From contig JAFRFO010000097.1 of the NCBI GenBank assembly GCA_017434295.1, forward strand, positions 1-40,887: a stretch of DNA of 40,887 nucleotides, given 5' to 3'. Origin of the DNA: Clostridia bacterium (GTDB lineage Bacteria; Bacillota; Clostridia; TANB77; CAG-508). Made by a program: the position numbers and the translations under genes. Under the pieces are notes generated by a model. The model ran no database searches. It saw only the letters and a list, made by a program, of their open reading frames with translations, and was not told where the DNA came from. This document shows, piece after piece, positions 38,551 to 40,887 of the stretch (positions are counted from its first letter, which is position 1; the number at the start of each line of letters is the position of its first letter).

Positions 38551-38849
38551 TATTCACTTTTACTACTTAAAAATGTTACTTTTTCGGCGATTACATTAGT
38601 ATCTTCAGAATCAAAGTTTTGTAGTCTTCCTTTAATTCCTACAATATCGCCTTTTTTGCAATATTCAGAAGTATTAGTTGCGATATTATCATATAATGTA
38701 CATTTTATGAAGTCAGTATCATAAGTTCCATCGATATTTTTAAAACTTCTTGGTATTGCGATTGTTACGTTTGTAACTTTTTTATCTCCTTTTTCTTCTA
38801 CTTTTGGGTCGCTTGTTAATCTTCCCACTAAAACTACTTGATTTAACAT
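38550..38849 (-). CDS. ssb: Second, tail-less single-stranded DNA-binding protein
   Basis: LNQVVLVGRLT.DP...TDFIKC...GDIVGIKGRLQ; ends right after the OB fold. Confidence 0.9.
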   Translation of the reverse strand: MLNQVVLVGRLTSDPKVEEKGDKKVTNVTIAIPRSFKNIDGTYDTDFIKCTLYDNIATNTSEYCKKGDIVGIKGRLQNFDSEDTNVIAEKVTFLSSKSE

Positions 38850-38944
38850 TTTATCACTCTCCTTTACTTTTTTTGTTAAATCCTTTTCTACTCTCTATTT
38901 TTCAAAACGGCTTGTAACGTTCTTTGGCTAGATTAAAAAGGGAT

Positions 38945-39178
38945 TTAATCCCATAACTTACAATCTAAACACTCTTCTATATAATCAGTATCGAACCATA
39001 AAAAATCATTTAGTTGTGTATCAGTCCATTTAATATTGTCCATATTACAACTTAAAATCTCATTTATTAAGTCTAATAATTCTTGTTCTTTTCCTTTTTC
39101 TTCGATTGCTTCTAATGTTTGGATTGCTCCGCTCCAACTTTCACTTTTTAAATCATAATAGTTTTCTACATGATACGT
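38945..39178 (-). pseudogene. 77-codon frame with no canonical start (non-canonical start or frameshifted gene)
   Basis: TYHVENYYDLKSESWSGAIQTLEAIEEKGKEQELL...TDTQLNDFLWFDTDYIEE...; preceded in frame by TGA; AAAGGA RBS upstream. Confidence 0.55.
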
Positions 39179-39291
39179 TCAATTATTCCTTTATACTTGG
39201 CTTGACGCTCGGACTTCCAACCGAGATTATTCATTCTTGCACGTTATAGGCTAGTTATAAGTATTTATATACACAACGTAGTATAGATTAA

Positions 39292-39304
39292 GTTTTCAAA
39301 GAAC
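39292..39304 (-). promoter_or_regulatory. rrn-type boxA antitermination site
   Basis: GTTCTTTGAAAAC on the minus strand, about 55 nt downstream of the -10 element of a consensus promoter. Confidence 0.7.
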
Positions 39305-39360
39305 ACTAGATTGTCAATTCTTTGTTGTATAAAATCAGTCCTTTTCTAACTGACAACTTC

Positions 39361-39389
39361 ATTATATCACAAGTACACTAGATTGTCAA
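39361..39389 (-). promoter_or_regulatory. Strong early promoter P1
   Basis: TTGACA-17-TATAAT with extended TG and an A-tract UP element. Confidence 0.85.
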
Positions 39390-39589
39390 CTATTTTTTTT
39401 GGTTACTTCTATTAACTAATACCGAAGGGACTATATTATAGTATGTTGCGATATTAGAAGACATCAACCTTAACTGATACAATTAACCACCGGAGCAATT
39501 AACTATATAGTAGTTGTCTTTACGTGATAATCAATAGTTATAAATTGTACTTGTCAATTTGAAGTGATCTTCTCTCAACTGACACGTTC

Positions 39590-39619
39590 ATTGTATCATA
39601 TAGAACACTAGGTTGTCAA
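39590..39619 (-). promoter_or_regulatory. Early promoter P2
   Basis: TTGACA-18-TACAAT with extended TG and an A-tract upstream. Confidence 0.75.
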
Positions 39620-39687
39620 TACTTTTTTAGAAAAAAATTAAAATCGATCGAATTATATATACTACGTATATATAAAAATTTTACTTT

Positions 39688-39721
39688 TTGCCGTCAATTA
39701 CCGGCTTAAATATGATAAAAT
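39688..39721 (+). promoter_or_regulatory. Putative activator-dependent late promoter
   Basis: TGnTAAAAT -10 with no consensus -35; TTGCCG and TTACCG repeats 10 bp apart. Confidence 0.5.
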
Positions 39722-39812
39722 GATATTGTAAGAGATATTACCAAATAGGGAATATTTAAAGAACGGGAATACCTAACAAATAGACAACCATATCTATTAA
39801 AGGGGTGATATT

Positions 39813-40256
39813 ATGGAAAAGACTAGTAAGCAAGTAAAAGAAGTACAAACAACACAAACACTAGCAAGAACACACAAACAAACACACAAGTTAACGGAAG
39901 AAGATAAAAAAGACATATTACTTTATTACTACTTAGATAATACAAGAAGTACACTAAAAGAACTATTACAAAGATACAACATATCAGAGCAATATTATTA
40001 TAGACTAGTTAAGAATAAAAACAATCTAAAATTGATTGAAGAAGACATAACTGAACGTAGGAAGTTGTTTAGTAAAAAATCCGAATTAATGATAGATAAA
40101 ATCCTTAACAAAGTAAATAGTAAGATAGATAACGAAGATGCAAGTATTAAAGACTTGATTACATCTTTGGGTATTCTATACGATAAAACAAGACTTGAGA
40201 ATAACTTGTCAACATCTAATAACTCAATATCAATAAATATAAAGGTAGAAAAGTAA
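39813..40256 (+). CDS. terS: Terminase small subunit
   Basis: N-terminal HTH, SIKDLITSLGILYDK helix, C-terminal ININIKV-like beta strand (ISINIKV); upstream of terL. Confidence 0.7.
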   Translation: MEKTSKQVKEVQTTQTLARTHKQTHKLTEEDKKDILLYYYLDNTRSTLKELLQRYNISEQYYYRLVKNKNNLKLIEEDITERRKLFSKKSELMIDKILNKVNSKIDNEDASIKDLITSLGILYDKTRLENNLSTSNNSISINIKVEK

Positions 40257-40552
40257 TAATACAAACAAACGTATTATGTCTTATTAACATAATGTATATT
40301 ATAGGCACGAGACTGAACGGCTCACATACACGGAGTGAGGGACTAGGGATAGCATAGGTACATACTAGGTATAGGATACCATCCCCCCGGTGTAGTGGTA
40401 TAGGCAAAAATTAACTTCAATTTTTTTCTACTATATATATATAAACACACACACAAAATTATCCTACAAAAGGGAACAAATTTTCTTACAAAAGGGCACT
40501 CCCCCGAGTCAAAAAGGGGTATGGGTGTTTTTATTTTGCAAAACCAAAGGGA

Positions 40553-40887
40553 GTGGTTAAACTGAATTTAGATTTAAGTATAACGGAGAAGCAAGAACTA
40601 TTCATGGATTCAGAAGCATTTGAAACGCTATTCGGAGGAGCAGCAGGAGGAGGAAAATCATACGGACAATTAGTAGATGCTTTAGTATATGCTTTGAGAT
40701 ATGAGAAGAGTAAGCAGATAATCTTCCGTAGGACATTTCCTGATTTAGAGAGATCAATCATAAGGACTTCGCTAGAGTTTTATCCTCGTAAGATAGCAAG
40801 TTATAATAACTCAAAACACGTATGGACATTTGATAATGGGTCTATCATTGATTTCGGATACATAGATAATGAAAATGATGTGTATCA
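40553..40887 (+). CDS. terL: Terminase large subunit, 5' part
   Basis: TEKQELF...LFGGAAGGGKS (Walker A)...IFRRTFPDL; start is GTG 40553 or CTG 40562. Confidence 0.92.
   Translation, partial: MVKLNLDLSITEKQELFMDSEAFETLFGGAAGGGKSYGQLVDALVYALRYEKSKQIIFRRTFPDLERSIIRTSLEFYPRKIASYNNSKHVWTFDNGSIIDFGYIDNENDVY
40747..40887. repeat. 141-bp terminal direct repeat, copy 2
   Basis: Identical to 1-141. Confidence 0.95.

Noticed and set aside
39195-39250. Twister ribozyme (CGGT-TGG-AAG-TCCG hairpin with downstream CCAA)
   Set aside because: The hairpin resembles twister P4/L4, but I could not place a proper P2 or the conserved GAG/GAA junction; kept only as a possible pseudoknot

Overview
The window is a complete, circularly assembled, AT-rich tailed-phage genome of about 40,746 bp. 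Bases 1-141 repeat exactly at 40747-40887, and the large terminase gene crosses that junction. Gene content fits a podovirus of a low-GC Gram-positive host (strong AGGAGG/GGAGTG ribosome-binding sites, sigma-A promoters, an amidase endolysin, standard genetic code). Module order is: packaging and head (terS, terL, portal, scaffold, capsid); short tail and probable ejection proteins, including a 1791-aa polyvalent-type protein; two mosaic tail fibres; lysis; two sugar-modifying enzymes; a 10-gene accessory operon of unknown function; replication and recombination (Cro-like HTH, initiator with iterons, ERF, HNH, PD-(D/E)XK, SSB, NinB-like); an array of small cassette genes; and a leftward early operon. 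I see no integrase, DNA polymerase, tRNA or CRISPR array. The most notable unexplained features are: (1) two tandem structured-RNA units between portal and scaffold, with a shared covarying ~24-bp carrier stem around different cargo, one cargo having an 8-bp kissing loop; (2) a PD-(D/E)XK nuclease with its segments in permuted order; (3) a half beta-clamp fusion and a tail-less second SSB in a boxA-containing early operon; (4) the accessory operon with its own activator and RNA structures. All product calls come from motif recognition by eye; no searches were run.
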